In this document: positions 7,296 through 16,622 of the stretch, in pieces
How the letters are laid out: each line of letters starts with the position of its first letter
How positions within the stretch are numbered: position 1 is the first letter of the stretch
Assembly: GCA_009779845.1 (NCBI GenBank)
Contig: WRBE01000005.1
Coordinates: 880 to 64,879 of the forward strand
DNA length: 64,000 nt
Reading direction: 5' to 3'
DNA from: Oscillospiraceae bacterium
GTDB taxonomy: Bacteria; Bacillota; Clostridia; Oscillospirales; Oscillospiraceae
The notes under the pieces: generated by a model
Database searches by the model: none
Seen by the model: only the letters and a program-made list of their open reading frames with translations
What the model was told of the DNA's origin: nothing
Position numbers and translations under genes: made by a program

Positions 7296-8570
7296 TCATC
7301 CCCGCAGGCCAACACGCCTACAAATCGCCTCGACCTCAACGCCAACCCGCTCCATGTCTATGGTGGGATACTCGCCGTCTTCATACAAAATCTTCCCGCC
7401 CACCATGGTCAGCGCCACCTCGTGCCCTGTAGCGGCGTAGGCCAAAGCGCGGATGGGGTCATTGGCTGGCTGTAAATTTGGCACCGAGAGGTCAATAAGG
7501 GCCAAATCCGCCCGATAGCCCACAGCCAACTTACCAATGCTGTCAGACAACCCCAACGCACGGGCACCGTTCGCCCAGACCATCTCTAACGCTTGGTCGG
7601 CAGTGACCATCTCCGGGTCACCGGTGACACCTTTGTGTAAGATAGCCGTCAGGCTTAGGTCTCGGAACATGTTCATGGTATTGTTGCTGGCGGGGCCATC
7701 GGTGCCGATGGTAACATTGACACCGGCGGCACGGAGCTTGGGTACAGGGGCCACACCGTTTGCCAGTTTTAGATTGCTCACCGGGTTGTGGGCCACATGG
7801 ACGCCGCGGCGGGCAAGGGTCTCAATGTCTCGATCGTCTAAATGCACACAATGGGCCGCCACAGTGCGGGGGGTCAGAATGCCGGTTTCGTCCATCAGCG
7901 TTACCGGGCTTTTACCGTGTTGTTCCCAACTCTCTTTTACTTCCCGCTCACTCTCTGAAATGTGGGTATGGATGCCCACGTCTAGGCGGGCGGCCTCCGC
8001 CACGATTTCCCGTTGATAGTCGGGGTCGCAGGTGTAAGGGGCATGGGGGGCCAGCATGAAATTCACATGGTCACTTCCCTCCCAGCGGTCTATTTCATCC
8101 AACGCCTCCCGCAGGCACTGTTCGCTGGTCACCCCACGGCTGAGTACGCCATAGGCTTTGGCGTCCGTAATTGCCCGGGCAATATGGTCTATGTGGAAAT
8201 ACATATCTGAAAAGCAAGTCGTCCCCGTGCGAAGCATTTCCATAAGACCCAACTGAGTCGCCCAGTAGCAGTCCTCCGGCTCCAGTTTCTTTTCTAGGGG
8301 TATAATCCGCCCAAACAGCCATTCATGGAACTTCAAGTCATCTGCGGCATTACGCAGAAATGTCATAGGGATATGGGTATGGCAATTAATCAGACCGGGG
8401 ATTAGCAACTTCCCCGCCCCGTCAATCCGCCGGGTGAAACGCTCTCCTTCCGGCAGACCGTCTAGGCTTGCGATTTTTCCGTTTTTGATATATACACTGG
8501 TTGTCTCTACCCGGAATCCGCCTTGCGGCACCTCGAACATTGCTTGCACGTTATCAATTAAAATGGGCAT
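7296..8570 (-). CDS. mtaD: Amidohydrolase, 5-methylthioadenosine/S-adenosylhomocysteine deaminase-like
   Basis: 424 aa with the metal-binding signature LINCHTHIPMT. Length and motif order match MtaD/TrzA-type deaminases as I recall them. Confidence 0.7.
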   Translation of the reverse strand: MPILIDNVQAMFEVPQGGFRVETTSVYIKNGKIASLDGLPEGERFTRRIDGAGKLLIPGLINCHTHIPMTFLRNAADDLKFHEWLFGRIIPLEKKLEPEDCYWATQLGLMEMLRTGTTCFSDMYFHIDHIARAITDAKAYGVLSRGVTSEQCLREALDEIDRWEGSDHVNFMLAPHAPYTCDPDYQREIVAEAARLDVGIHTHISESEREVKESWEQHGKSPVTLMDETGILTPRTVAAHCVHLDDRDIETLARRGVHVAHNPVSNLKLANGVAPVPKLRAAGVNVTIGTDGPASNNTMNMFRDLSLTAILHKGVTGDPEMVTADQALEMVWANGARALGLSDSIGKLAVGYRADLALIDLSVPNLQPANDPIRALAYAATGHEVALTMVGGKILYEDGEYPTIDMERVGVEVEAICRRVGLRG

Positions 8571-8621
8571 GGAACGCCCTCCTTTCCATGCCCACAGTAT
8601 AACACAATTTGATTGGTGTGC

Positions 8622-8894
8622 CTAGAACAAAAATCCCGCCAACGCCATCATCCCCGCCGAGAGCAAGGCCCCCATCGCCAAATACCCCAGCGGCGGAATG
8701 CGCCGGAGGATGCGACGGTGTGCGGCTTGGGTTTTGATGTAGCTACCTGCTACGATTTGAGCCTCTTTAAGTGCCCGCTCTGGGTCTACGCCTTTCAGAC
8801 ATGCGTCCGCTTTGACGATGAAAATGGCCTCTTCAAAATAGCGGGGGTCTGGTGCCTTGACGACAATGACCCGGCGAGTAGTTCCTTTTACCAT
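8622..8894 (-). CDS. Hypothetical small membrane-anchored protein
   Basis: 90 aa: a soluble N-terminal part plus a C-terminal hydrophobic helix (LGYLAMGALLSAGMMALAGFLF). Family not recognised. Confidence 0.5.
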   Translation of the reverse strand: MVKGTTRRVIVVKAPDPRYFEEAIFIVKADACLKGVDPERALKEAQIVAGSYIKTQAAHRRILRRIPPLGYLAMGALLSAGMMALAGFLF

Positions 8895-9003
8895 GGCTTT
8901 TGTTCACCTCATAAAGATGTTACCCGTGGTGAGGCGGTTTCAAACTTGACGAGACGCAATATCCCCGGCGGCCCCATAATTTCAATTGAAACTACCATTC
9001 GCC

Positions 9004-9993
9004 TTACGAAAATGCTTCAATCAAAACCACCATATTCCCACCGCAAACCATCCCCTCCGCTTCAGCGGAGTCGGCGAGGTTTACTTCCATGGTGCAGTAG
9101 CTGCCTTGGTCTAAGATGTCTCTGGCACGGCGGAGCACGTCCGCTTCGGCACAGCCGCCGCCAATGCTACCGAACACTTCCCCCGCGGCGGTGACGGCCA
9201 TTTTTGCCCCTGTTTCTCTGGGGGTTGAGCCTTTGGTGGACACGATGGTGATGAGGGCCGTGGGTACCTCTTTGGGGTCTGCCAACCAGCGGAATAGGTC
9301 TAAGTCCGTACCGCCGTCTTGGGGGCAGGTTTTCCGTTTGACTTGGACAATTTCCGCCATGATGGAAAGGGCAATTTCCTCCGGGGTCACAGACCCGATA
9401 GGGAGGCCGATGGGAGCGTGGAGATTATCTAGCAGGTCACCTCGGCCCGTGGCCTTTGCCACCTCGTTTTTGACAATGGCAATCCGGCGTTTTGAGCCAA
9501 TCATGCCCACGTAATGAGGCACGGGGGCGGAGGTATCCAAAATCGCTTGGAGACAGAAGATATCGTGGCGGTGCCCTCGGGTGAGGATGGTTACATAGTC
9601 GCCATGGCGAAAACCAAGGCGGTCACATATATTTATAAAATCATCGCAAATCACCCGGCTTGCCTCCGGGAATCGACCAGGGTTTGCAAAGCTAGGGCGG
9701 TCATCGTAGACCCAGACCTCAAACCCCAGCATCGTACCGAGACGGCATAAGGGCAACCCAATATGACCGCCACCCAAAATGATAAGCCGGGGCCGGGGTA
9801 GAAAACACTCAGTGAGGGTCATGGCACTACCCTCCGCCGTAACTGTTAGGCCCCCAGTTGTGCCGGGGGTAACTTCTTCTAAACACCGCTCTATCCCGTC
9901 CGGGCCATAGCGGGATGTGAGTAAGCTGCCTTGCCCGGATGCGAGACGGGCTAACATGGTTGCGTATATCTCAGTCATGGGTGACACCTCCAT
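9004..9993 (-). CDS. XdhC/CoxI-family accessory protein
   Basis: Rossmann-like LIILGGGHIGLPL and ILTRGHRHD motifs (XdhC_C type), plus a C-terminal TKGSTPRETGAKMAV...GSIGGGCAE motif (XdhC_CoxI type). Confidence 0.7.
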   Translation of the reverse strand: MEVSPMTEIYATMLARLASGQGSLLTSRYGPDGIERCLEEVTPGTTGGLTVTAEGSAMTLTECFLPRPRLIILGGGHIGLPLCRLGTMLGFEVWVYDDRPSFANPGRFPEASRVICDDFINICDRLGFRHGDYVTILTRGHRHDIFCLQAILDTSAPVPHYVGMIGSKRRIAIVKNEVAKATGRGDLLDNLHAPIGLPIGSVTPEEIALSIMAEIVQVKRKTCPQDGGTDLDLFRWLADPKEVPTALITIVSTKGSTPRETGAKMAVTAAGEVFGSIGGGCAEADVLRRARDILDQGSYCTMEVNLADSAEAEGMVCGGNMVVLIEAFS

Positions 9994-10038
9994 TACTCAT
10001 TCATTCTATACGACTACATCGAAAATTACTAGCCCCGG

Positions 10039-10067
10039 TTGACGAATTGGCGGAATCTGTGTATGCT
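10039..10067 (+). promoter_or_regulatory. Sigma-A-type promoter candidate for mnmA-ispD
   Basis: TTGACG (10039-10044), a 17-nt spacer, then TATGCT (10062-10067). Pattern match only. Confidence 0.35.
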
Positions 10068-10099
10068 GGAAGCATCTAATTACAACAGGAGCAAAAAAC

Positions 10100-11164
10100 A
10101 TGGAACAAGTCTTAGTGGGCATGAGCGGCGGGGTGGACAGCTCTGTGGCGGCCCTGATTTTAATGGAGCGGTATCAGGTCTCTGGCGGGACAATGAAGCT
10201 GTTTGACAGCGGCGACATTGTGACAGCAGGCAAGACCTGCTGCGCCATTACAGACGTGGAGGATGCCCGGCGGGTATGCCACCGGCTAGGGTTAGACCAC
10301 CATGTGTTTAACTTCACAGGCGAGTTTTATAAAGAGGTCATGGAACGGTTCGCCGCCAGCTACGCCAGTGGCGAGACACCAAACCCTTGTATCGACTGTA
10401 ATCGGTTCGTGAAATTTCCGGGTCTGCTCCGCCGGGGGACACAGTTGGGGTTCCCCTACGTTGCCACGGGCCACTATGCCCAGATTCGGTGGGATGCACC
10501 CACAGGCCGCTGGCAATTGCGCCGGGCGGTGGATGCGGGGAAAGACCAGTCCTACGTGCTCTACACCATGACACAAGAAGAGCTGGGGCGCACCCTATTG
10601 CCCCTAGGCGAGCGGACAAAAGCGGACATTCGGGCCATGGCAGAGGCCGAGGGTTTGGTCACAGCGGACAAGCCGGACAGTCAGGACATCTGCTTTGTGC
10701 CCGATGGGGACTATGGCACATTTTTGACGGAGAAGATGGGAATCACCACAAACCCCGGTGATATTCTGGATAAAGTCGGCCAAGTGTTGGGCAAGCATAC
10801 CGGGGCCGTCCGTTACACCATCGGGCAACGGCGTGGCCTCGGCGTGGCGGCACCGACACCGCTGTATGTCATTGGCAAAGACATGGCGCAAAACACGGTA
10901 ATTGTGGGCGAACAGGCGGATTTAATGCGGGATCGGTTCTATGTGCGGGATGCCAATTGGATATCTATCCCGGCCCTGACAACGCCCTGCACCGTCACCG
11001 TCATGACCCGCTATCGAGATCGGGAAGAAACCGCAACCCTGCACCCCTGCCCAGACGGCCAGGTGGAGGTTCGGCTAGAAACGCCCAAACGGGCCGTCAC
11101 GCCGGGGCAGGCGGCGGTGTTTTATCAAGGCGACGTGGTCGTCGGCGGGGGGGTGATTTGCTGA
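10100..11164 (+). CDS. mnmA: tRNA 2-thiouridine(34) synthase
   Basis: 354 aa with the N-terminal PP-loop GMSGGVDSSVAA and conserved NPCIDCN and DQSY motifs. Confidence 0.9.
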   Translation: MEQVLVGMSGGVDSSVAALILMERYQVSGGTMKLFDSGDIVTAGKTCCAITDVEDARRVCHRLGLDHHVFNFTGEFYKEVMERFAASYASGETPNPCIDCNRFVKFPGLLRRGTQLGFPYVATGHYAQIRWDAPTGRWQLRRAVDAGKDQSYVLYTMTQEELGRTLLPLGERTKADIRAMAEAEGLVTADKPDSQDICFVPDGDYGTFLTEKMGITTNPGDILDKVGQVLGKHTGAVRYTIGQRRGLGVAAPTPLYVIGKDMAQNTVIVGEQADLMRDRFYVRDANWISIPALTTPCTVTVMTRYRDREETATLHPCPDGQVEVRLETPKRAVTPGQAAVFYQGDVVVGGGVIC

Positions 11165-11844
11165 TGGTAAAACGAAAACGAGTGACCGCCGTCATCCTAG
11201 CCGCCGGAAGTGGAAGCCGGATGCAAATAGAAGAAAACAAGGTATATCTGCCCTTAGGCGGACGGCCCGTGGTGGCTCATTCTATCGCCACCTTTGATGC
11301 CCATCCGTATATTGACGAGCTGGTACTGGTAACCCGAGAGGAAGAGCAGGCGTATCTCTCGGAACTGGCGGCGGGGCTGGGTCTAACCAAGCCTTGGCGA
11401 ACCGTGCTGGGCGGTGCCACACGACAAGCTTCTGTACACGCAGCCATCCGGGATCTAGACAGCCATATCGTCCTAGTCCACGACGGTGCCCGGCCCTTCA
11501 TGCAGCCCCGGCATATCACGGAGTGTGTGGACGCTTTGAACCAATACGATGGTGCCATTGTGGCCTATCCGGTGACAGAACGGATTGTAGAAAGACCAAA
11601 GCGCAACGGCAGGGCCAAGGCCCTATGCGCCACCCAATACGCCGCCCAGACGCCCCAATGCTTCCCCACCAAGCTGTTGCAGAAATGCCATCAGCGGCAT
11701 CAAAATAATCCCGCCATTACGGACGACAGCAGCCTGTTGGAGTTAGAAGGATACCGAGTCGGGATTGTATCGGGGGATATTGGAAATCTCAAGGTGACAA
11801 CACCGTTGGATTTGCCGTTAGCCGAAGGATATTTGCCTGATTAA
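11164..11844 (+). CDS. ispD: 2-C-methyl-D-erythritol 4-phosphate cytidylyltransferase
   Basis: Tracked ORF 10957..11844, with the start moved to ATG 11164 (TGATG overlap with the mnmA stop). Has the AVILAAGSGSRM motif. 226 aa. Confidence 0.85.
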   Translation: MVKRKRVTAVILAAGSGSRMQIEENKVYLPLGGRPVVAHSIATFDAHPYIDELVLVTREEEQAYLSELAAGLGLTKPWRTVLGGATRQASVHAAIRDLDSHIVLVHDGARPFMQPRHITECVDALNQYDGAIVAYPVTERIVERPKRNGRAKALCATQYAAQTPQCFPTKLLQKCHQRHQNNPAITDDSSLLELEGYRVGIVSGDIGNLKVTTPLDLPLAEGYLPD

Positions 11845-11859
11845 TGCCAAGTTATAGCG

Positions 11860-11896
11860 AAACGCCATCCGAATCAAGTAGATTCGGATGGCGTTT
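11860..11896. terminator. Bidirectional hairpin terminator between ispD and the RHH gene
   Basis: A perfect 16-bp stem, AAACGCCATCCGAATC / GATTCGGATGGCGTTT, with loop AAGTA. The A-run and T-run at the stem ends give U-tracts on both strands. Confidence 0.7.
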
Positions 11897-11907
11897 GTGT
11901 TGATAAC

Positions 11908-12081
11908 TCACTTCGGCACGTTTACTTCTCCGTGCTCACTCTCATGCTGTGCAAGATAGGACAAAAGAATATATTCGATCAAATTTGTCATTGAACGATG
12001 CTGCTCATCTGCGAGAACTTCAATTTTATTAAAAACTTCATCATGCAACCGCAACGTAAAAACTCTTTTTAAAGATGCCAT
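11908..12081 (-). CDS. Ribbon-helix-helix (Arc/CopG-like) DNA-binding protein
   Basis: Tracked ORF 11908..12231, with the start moved to the ATG at 12081 (SD AGGAGG 7 nt upstream). The 57-aa product MASLKRVFTLRLHDEVFNKIEVLADEQHRSMTNLIEYILLSYL... fits a beta-strand plus two-helix RHH pattern. Confidence 0.6.
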   Translation of the reverse strand: MASLKRVFTLRLHDEVFNKIEVLADEQHRSMTNLIEYILLSYLAQHESEHGEVNVPK

Positions 12082-12145
12082 ACACATGCCTCCTGAATGC
12101 TTTTTATGTATGGTAGCATAGCAAAACCATCTTGTATGCAGTCTA

Positions 12146-12175
12146 TTGACAGGTAAGTGACATCTATAGTATGAT
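12146..12175 (+). promoter_or_regulatory. Promoter candidate in the RHH / AbrB-like divergent region
   Basis: TTGACA (12146-12151), an 18-nt spacer, then TATGAT (12170-12175). Confidence 0.35.
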
Positions 12176-12224
12176 GCTAAAAAACATCGTACACTGAAAA
12201 GTGCACAAAAGGGGCGTGGAAAAC

Positions 12225-12818
12225 ATGTCAACGGTCACCAGCGTACTAGAACACGAATATTTCTTAGAGTTCCCGGAATTAATCCAAGAAAAAATGAACA
12301 TCAAAATCGGTGATATCTTCTACGCTTACCGAGACGTCAGCTATACACTCATATTATCCAGAACTCGCCCCGGCAAATCAAAATATTGCACCATGGTAAC
12401 CTTCCGCATAGCATCCGGAGCCGTTTTGCCCTATGGATTTTTGAGCCGAATGCGGATTCGTCCGGGAGATGCAGTCGAGATAACAATAAACCATGACAAG
12501 ATTATGATCGAAAAAGGCACAGTGACACCACTGTTTCACTCCACAAACAGGCGACACGCATTGAAGATAAAACTGAAGCGAGAACTTGAAGTTCCATGCA
12601 GAGTGTTCAGCCAAAGTTTCCGCGAAGATGTATGCTCCGTGTTGGCGTTAAGTAGTTGGAGCGACAATGTAGTGTCCCAATTGCTACAGACACCGAACCT
12701 GTTACGAGAAATCGCACAAGCATTGCATCATGACGATGTGTTTTCCGAGTACTTTGAGCAGAGGACAAAAGAGCTGACGTTGGACTATATCTCCAAGAAC
12801 GAAAAGAACGCCCTATGA
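12225..12818 (+). CDS. Hypothetical protein with SpoVT/AbrB-like swapped-hairpin segments
   Basis: Tracked ORF 12201..12818, with ATG 12225 preferred. The segments NIKIGDIFYAY...YTLILSR and MRIRPGDAVEITINHDKIMIEKG resemble AbrB/MazE-type beta-hairpin motifs. The C-terminal half is unrecognised. Confidence 0.45.
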   Translation: MSTVTSVLEHEYFLEFPELIQEKMNIKIGDIFYAYRDVSYTLILSRTRPGKSKYCTMVTFRIASGAVLPYGFLSRMRIRPGDAVEITINHDKIMIEKGTVTPLFHSTNRRHALKIKLKRELEVPCRVFSQSFREDVCSVLALSSWSDNVVSQLLQTPNLLREIAQALHHDDVFSEYFEQRTKELTLDYISKNEKNAL

Positions 12819-13120
12819 GGCACAAGGAGTAAGCACCGGCTGGCGGCCCCACCGCCCTTGTAGGTTCCGAGGACTATGACATCCGGCGTGAGAATATTGT
12901 CGCCAGTGCAGAGTATAAGGTGCGAAATGACTTGACCTTAGCGGGTACATAGGGGCGCAGCCCCTGTGTTGATTTTTTGTTTCTTTTTGTTCAACGACAA
13001 AAAGAAAGCCCGTCCGGCAGGACATACACGTTGGCGGTGCACGCCAAGCATCCCTCTGCGGCAACGCCGAACAAAAAGAAAAGAGCAAGGACACAGGACG
13101 CGCAGGGGCACGTCCCCTAA
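12817..13120 (+). repeat. Modular hairpin-rich intergenic repeat, copy A (long form, most diverged)
   Basis: Aligns by eye with copy B along its whole length: ...CACCGCCCTTG...GAGTATAAGGTGC...GGGTACATAGGGGCGCAGCCCCTGTG...CATACACGTTGGCGGTGCACGCCAAG...CGGCAACGCCGAAC...GGACGcgcaggggcaCGTCCCCTA. Confidence 0.75.
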
Positions 13121-13160
13121 AAAATCCGTATATCGTTTGTACATAATCACGTAATTTAAA

Positions 13161-13190
13161 TTGACATGCAATCACACAACACCCTATTGT
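13161..13190 (+). promoter_or_regulatory. Promoter candidate for speD
   Basis: TTGACA (13161-13166), an 18-nt spacer, then TATTGT (13185-13190). Confidence 0.3.
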
Positions 13191-13240
13191 AAAAACCCAG
13201 AAAATTTGATATGATATCATAGCATTATTATGCGAAAGGC

Positions 13241-14014
13241 ATGGATACCACGATGACGGATAAACTGAAACTCTATGGGTTTAACAACTTGACCAAGGCC
13301 CTTAGCTTTAACATTTACGATGTGTGCTACGCTAAGACCCCCCATGAACAAAAGGAATATATCGCCTACATCGATGAGCAGTATAATGCCGAGCGATTGT
13401 TGGGGATTTTACATCAGGTGGTGGATATGATTGGAGCCCGTGTCCTCAACATTTCCAGCCAGGATTATGACCCGCAGGGGGCCAGTGTGACAATGCTCAT
13501 CTCCGGGCCGTCTCTCCCGGACTTGCCCAGAGATACTACGGTGGCCCACTTGGACAAGAGCCATGTGACGGTGCATACCTACCCAGAGCACCACCCGGAT
13601 CACTCGATTGCCACCTTTCGGGTGGATATTGACGTGTCTACTTGTGGAGAAATCACACCCCTGAACACGCTGGATTTCCTCATCGGCAGCTTTGATTCCG
13701 ACATTATCACCATGGACTATCGGGTTCGTGGCTTTACCCGGGACGTGGACGGGCATAAACATTTTATGGATCACGAAATCTCGTCCATCCGTGACTTTAT
13801 CGCTCCGAAGACCTTAGAGCGGTATGAGGCCATTGATATGAATTTAGAGGAACACAACCTGTTCCACACCAAAATGCTAATCCGTGAGATTGATTTGCGG
13901 CACTACCTCTTTAACACCGATGCCTTCGTTTTATCTCCCGACCTACAACGCTCCATTGCCGAGAGCCTGCGCCGGGAGATGGTAGAGATATACAGCGGGA
14001 GGAGCATTTATTGA
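13241..14014 (+). CDS. speD: S-adenosylmethionine decarboxylase proenzyme (E. coli SpeD type)
   Basis: The N-terminus KLKLYGFNNLTKALSFNIYDVCYAKT closely matches the enterobacterial SpeD N-terminus. Contains the processing region ...HLDKSHVTVHTYPE. 257 aa. Confidence 0.85.
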   Translation: MDTTMTDKLKLYGFNNLTKALSFNIYDVCYAKTPHEQKEYIAYIDEQYNAERLLGILHQVVDMIGARVLNISSQDYDPQGASVTMLISGPSLPDLPRDTTVAHLDKSHVTVHTYPEHHPDHSIATFRVDIDVSTCGEITPLNTLDFLIGSFDSDIITMDYRVRGFTRDVDGHKHFMDHEISSIRDFIAPKTLERYEAIDMNLEEHNLFHTKMLIREIDLRHYLFNTDAFVLSPDLQRSIAESLRREMVEIYSGRSIY

Positions 14015-15453
14015 GAACCCAACACAACGCACCCATTTACGAGGCCCTGTCCCGGTTTCAAGACGCCCGGGTGGTGCCCTTCGACGTGCCGGGCCACAAG
14101 CGGGGCCGGGGCAATCCGGAACTACAAGACTTTCTAGGTGAGCAGTGCCTGCGCGTAGATGTCAACGCCATGAAGCCCTTAGACAACCTGTGCCATCCCA
14201 TATCTGTGATTCGGGAGGCGGAAGAACTCGCCGCTGACGCGTTCGGTACTCATCAGGCGTTTTTTATGGTAAACGGCACCACCAGCGGGATTCAGGCCAT
14301 GATACTGGCGGTCTGTAAGCGGGGGGATAAAATTATCCTGCCCCGGAATGTCCACCGAAGTGTGCTAAACGCCTTGGTGCTCTGTGGGGCACATGCGGTG
14401 TATGTGAATCCAGATGTGGATAAAACCCTTGGCATCTCTTTGGGTATGCCCATGGCAGAGGTGCGCCGGGCGATTCTAGCAAACCCGGACGCAAAAGCGA
14501 TTCTGGTCAATAACCCCACCTATTACGGGATTTGTTCAGACTTACGTGCCATTGTAGGGTTGGCCCACGCCCACGGCATGATGGTGTTGGCGGACGAGGC
14601 CCACGGCACCCATTTTTATTTTGGTGACGGACTGCCCTCTCCCGCTATGGCGGTGGGGGCGGATATGTCCTCGGTGAGTATGCATAAGTCCGGCGGCAGC
14701 CTGACCCAAAGCTCGTTCCTGCTCACGGCGGACACGGTAAGCCCTGGCTATGTGCGACAGATCATTAACCTGACCCAGACCACCAGCGCATCTTATCTGC
14801 TCATGAGCAGCCTTGACCTCTCCCGCCGGAATTTGGCCTTGCGGGGCAAAGAGATTTTTGCCCGTGTCCTCAAACTCTCTCAGTACGCCAGAGATGAGGT
14901 GAACACCCTTAACGGCTATCGGGCCTTTGGGGAAGAGTTGGTCAATAGGGACAGCGTGTTTGCCTTTGACCAGACAAAACTGTCTGTCAACACTCTCGGT
15001 ATCGGTCTTGCGGGGATTGAGGTCTATGACATTCTGCGGGACGAGTATGATATTCAAATTGAGTTCGGGGACTTGGGCAATATCCTCGCCTATCTCTCCA
15101 TTGGCGATCGCCTGCAAGACGTGGAGCGGTTAGTGGGGGCATTGGCTGAAGTTCGCCGCCGCTACGGTAAGCCCGGCACGGGACTGTTGACCCAAGAATA
15201 TATTGAGCCTCAGGTGGTTATGAGCCTGCAAGACGCATTTTATGCCGAGAAAGAGGCACTGCCCCTCCCACAGGCTGTGGGTCGGGTATCCTCTGAGTTT
15301 GTCATGTGCTATCCCCCCGGTATCCCCATCTTGGCCCCTGGAGAGCGGGTGACAGAGGCGGTGCTGGGTTATATCTCCTACGCCCGAGAAAAAGGCTGTT
15401 CCCTCACCGGGCCGGAGGATGCGGATGTAGAAGTATTGAATGTGATTCGGTAA
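14011..15453 (+). CDS. speA: PLP-dependent Orn/Lys/Arg decarboxylase (B. subtilis SpeA-type arginine decarboxylase likely)
   Basis: 480 aa with FDVPGHKRG near the N-terminus and the PLP-lysine context SMHKSGGSLTQSS. Start overlaps the speD stop. Substrate is inferred from context (speB downstream). Confidence 0.65.
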   Translation: MRTQHNAPIYEALSRFQDARVVPFDVPGHKRGRGNPELQDFLGEQCLRVDVNAMKPLDNLCHPISVIREAEELAADAFGTHQAFFMVNGTTSGIQAMILAVCKRGDKIILPRNVHRSVLNALVLCGAHAVYVNPDVDKTLGISLGMPMAEVRRAILANPDAKAILVNNPTYYGICSDLRAIVGLAHAHGMMVLADEAHGTHFYFGDGLPSPAMAVGADMSSVSMHKSGGSLTQSSFLLTADTVSPGYVRQIINLTQTTSASYLLMSSLDLSRRNLALRGKEIFARVLKLSQYARDEVNTLNGYRAFGEELVNRDSVFAFDQTKLSVNTLGIGLAGIEVYDILRDEYDIQIEFGDLGNILAYLSIGDRLQDVERLVGALAEVRRRYGKPGTGLLTQEYIEPQVVMSLQDAFYAEKEALPLPQAVGRVSSEFVMCYPPGIPILAPGERVTEAVLGYISYAREKGCSLTGPEDADVEVLNVIR

Positions 15454-15466
15454 AGGAGTGTGGATT

Positions 15467-16570
15467 ATGAAGAAGCTACGGACAGTGTTCATCGTAATTG
15501 TAAGTGGAGCCATTGGGGCGGGCATCGGACTTGTAGGAATGCGCTTCCTACACGCCTATCTGCCACATGTAGGGTGGGGTCAGCTTCTCACCCTCTTGGT
15601 TGTTGCGGTGGTTGCCTACCATCTCCATCTCATCGTACACGAAGCGGGACATTTGCTTGCGGGAAAACTCAGTGGCTACACGTTTGTGTCTTATCGGGTG
15701 GGAAGCCTGATGATTACACGGGAAAACGGCAAGCTGGTACGAAAGAAGTACACCGTAGCCGGTACCGCCGGTCAGTGCCTACTGTCACCGCCAGACATGG
15801 TGGATGGGAAGTTCCCGCTATTTCTGTATAACGCCGGCGGGGCGTTGATGAATTTCTTGCTTGGCGCCCTGTGTTTTGGCCTTTCGCTGTTGACCTCTGG
15901 ATTGTTTGCTGTAGCACTTTTTGTTGGCACAGCAATCGGCGTGTTTATGGGCCTATTCAATATCATCCCCATGAAAATCGGCGGGATGCCCAATGACGGG
16001 TATAATATGCTGCTACTGGGCCGAGATAAAAACACCGCCACCCGCCACGCCTTTTGGGTCATGCTCCGCGCCAATGCGGCGCAAGCCAGCGGCGTTCGGC
16101 CTCGGGAGTTCCCTACAGAATGGTTTGACTGGGTGGACATGGACAACCTAAACGACTCTCTCATAGTCTCTGCCGCTATCTTGCGGTATAACTATCTACT
16201 AGACAAAGGCGACCTCACAGAGGCCAGAGCCTGCTTACAGTTTTTACTGGACAATGCCAAGATGATAGAGCTACTTAGAAACGAGCTGCTTTGTGAACTC
16301 CTATTCTTTGAGCTCATCAACGAATGCCGCCCAGAAGAAATTGAGCGCATTTACACCAAAGACCTCCAGGCCTACATCAAAGCCACCGCCACTTACGCCT
16401 CCCGCCAGCGGTTGTTATATGCGTACCACCGCCTGTTTACAAAAGATGCCGAGGCGGCGGGGCGGCATTTGATATTATTCTGCAAAGCCTGCGAAACCTC
16501 CGCCAGCCTTGGAGAAATTCCAGGCGAACAGGAGCTGATTGCGGTGATTGATAAGGCCACTGCCCCGTAG
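15467..16570 (+). CDS. Site-2-protease-like (M50-type) integral membrane metallopeptidase with a C-terminal helical domain
   Basis: HEAGH (HExxH) lies in a TM helix. A second motif, NIIPMKIGGMPNDG, resembles the S2P NxxPxxxxDG motif. Several TM segments. Start moved to ATG 15467 (SD AAGGAG 8 nt upstream). Confidence 0.6.
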   Translation: MKKLRTVFIVIVSGAIGAGIGLVGMRFLHAYLPHVGWGQLLTLLVVAVVAYHLHLIVHEAGHLLAGKLSGYTFVSYRVGSLMITRENGKLVRKKYTVAGTAGQCLLSPPDMVDGKFPLFLYNAGGALMNFLLGALCFGLSLLTSGLFAVALFVGTAIGVFMGLFNIIPMKIGGMPNDGYNMLLLGRDKNTATRHAFWVMLRANAAQASGVRPREFPTEWFDWVDMDNLNDSLIVSAAILRYNYLLDKGDLTEARACLQFLLDNAKMIELLRNELLCELLFFELINECRPEEIERIYTKDLQAYIKATATYASRQRLLYAYHRLFTKDAEAAGRHLILFCKACETSASLGEIPGEQELIAVIDKATAP

Positions 16571-16622
16571 AGGACACCGCCCCCTACAAAGGATATCGGA
16601 TATCGAAAGATTGCCCATTTTT

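Noticed and set aside
8613-9194. 193-aa plus-strand ORF spanning the 90-aa gene and the 3' end of the XdhC-like gene.
   Set aside because: It is antisense to two better-supported genes, and its Arg/Pro/Ser-rich translation is typical of an off-frame GC-rich read-through.
12813-13220. ORFs covering the repeat copies: 12813..13220(-), 12938..13171(-), 16548..16943(+), 16632..16850(-), 16810..17079(+) and 21937..22173(-).
   Set aside because: They exist only because the repeat elements lack stops. Frames and lengths differ between copies, the central module indel (present in A and B, absent in C) is not treated as coding, and there are no SDs. The elements are better explained as structured non-coding repeats.
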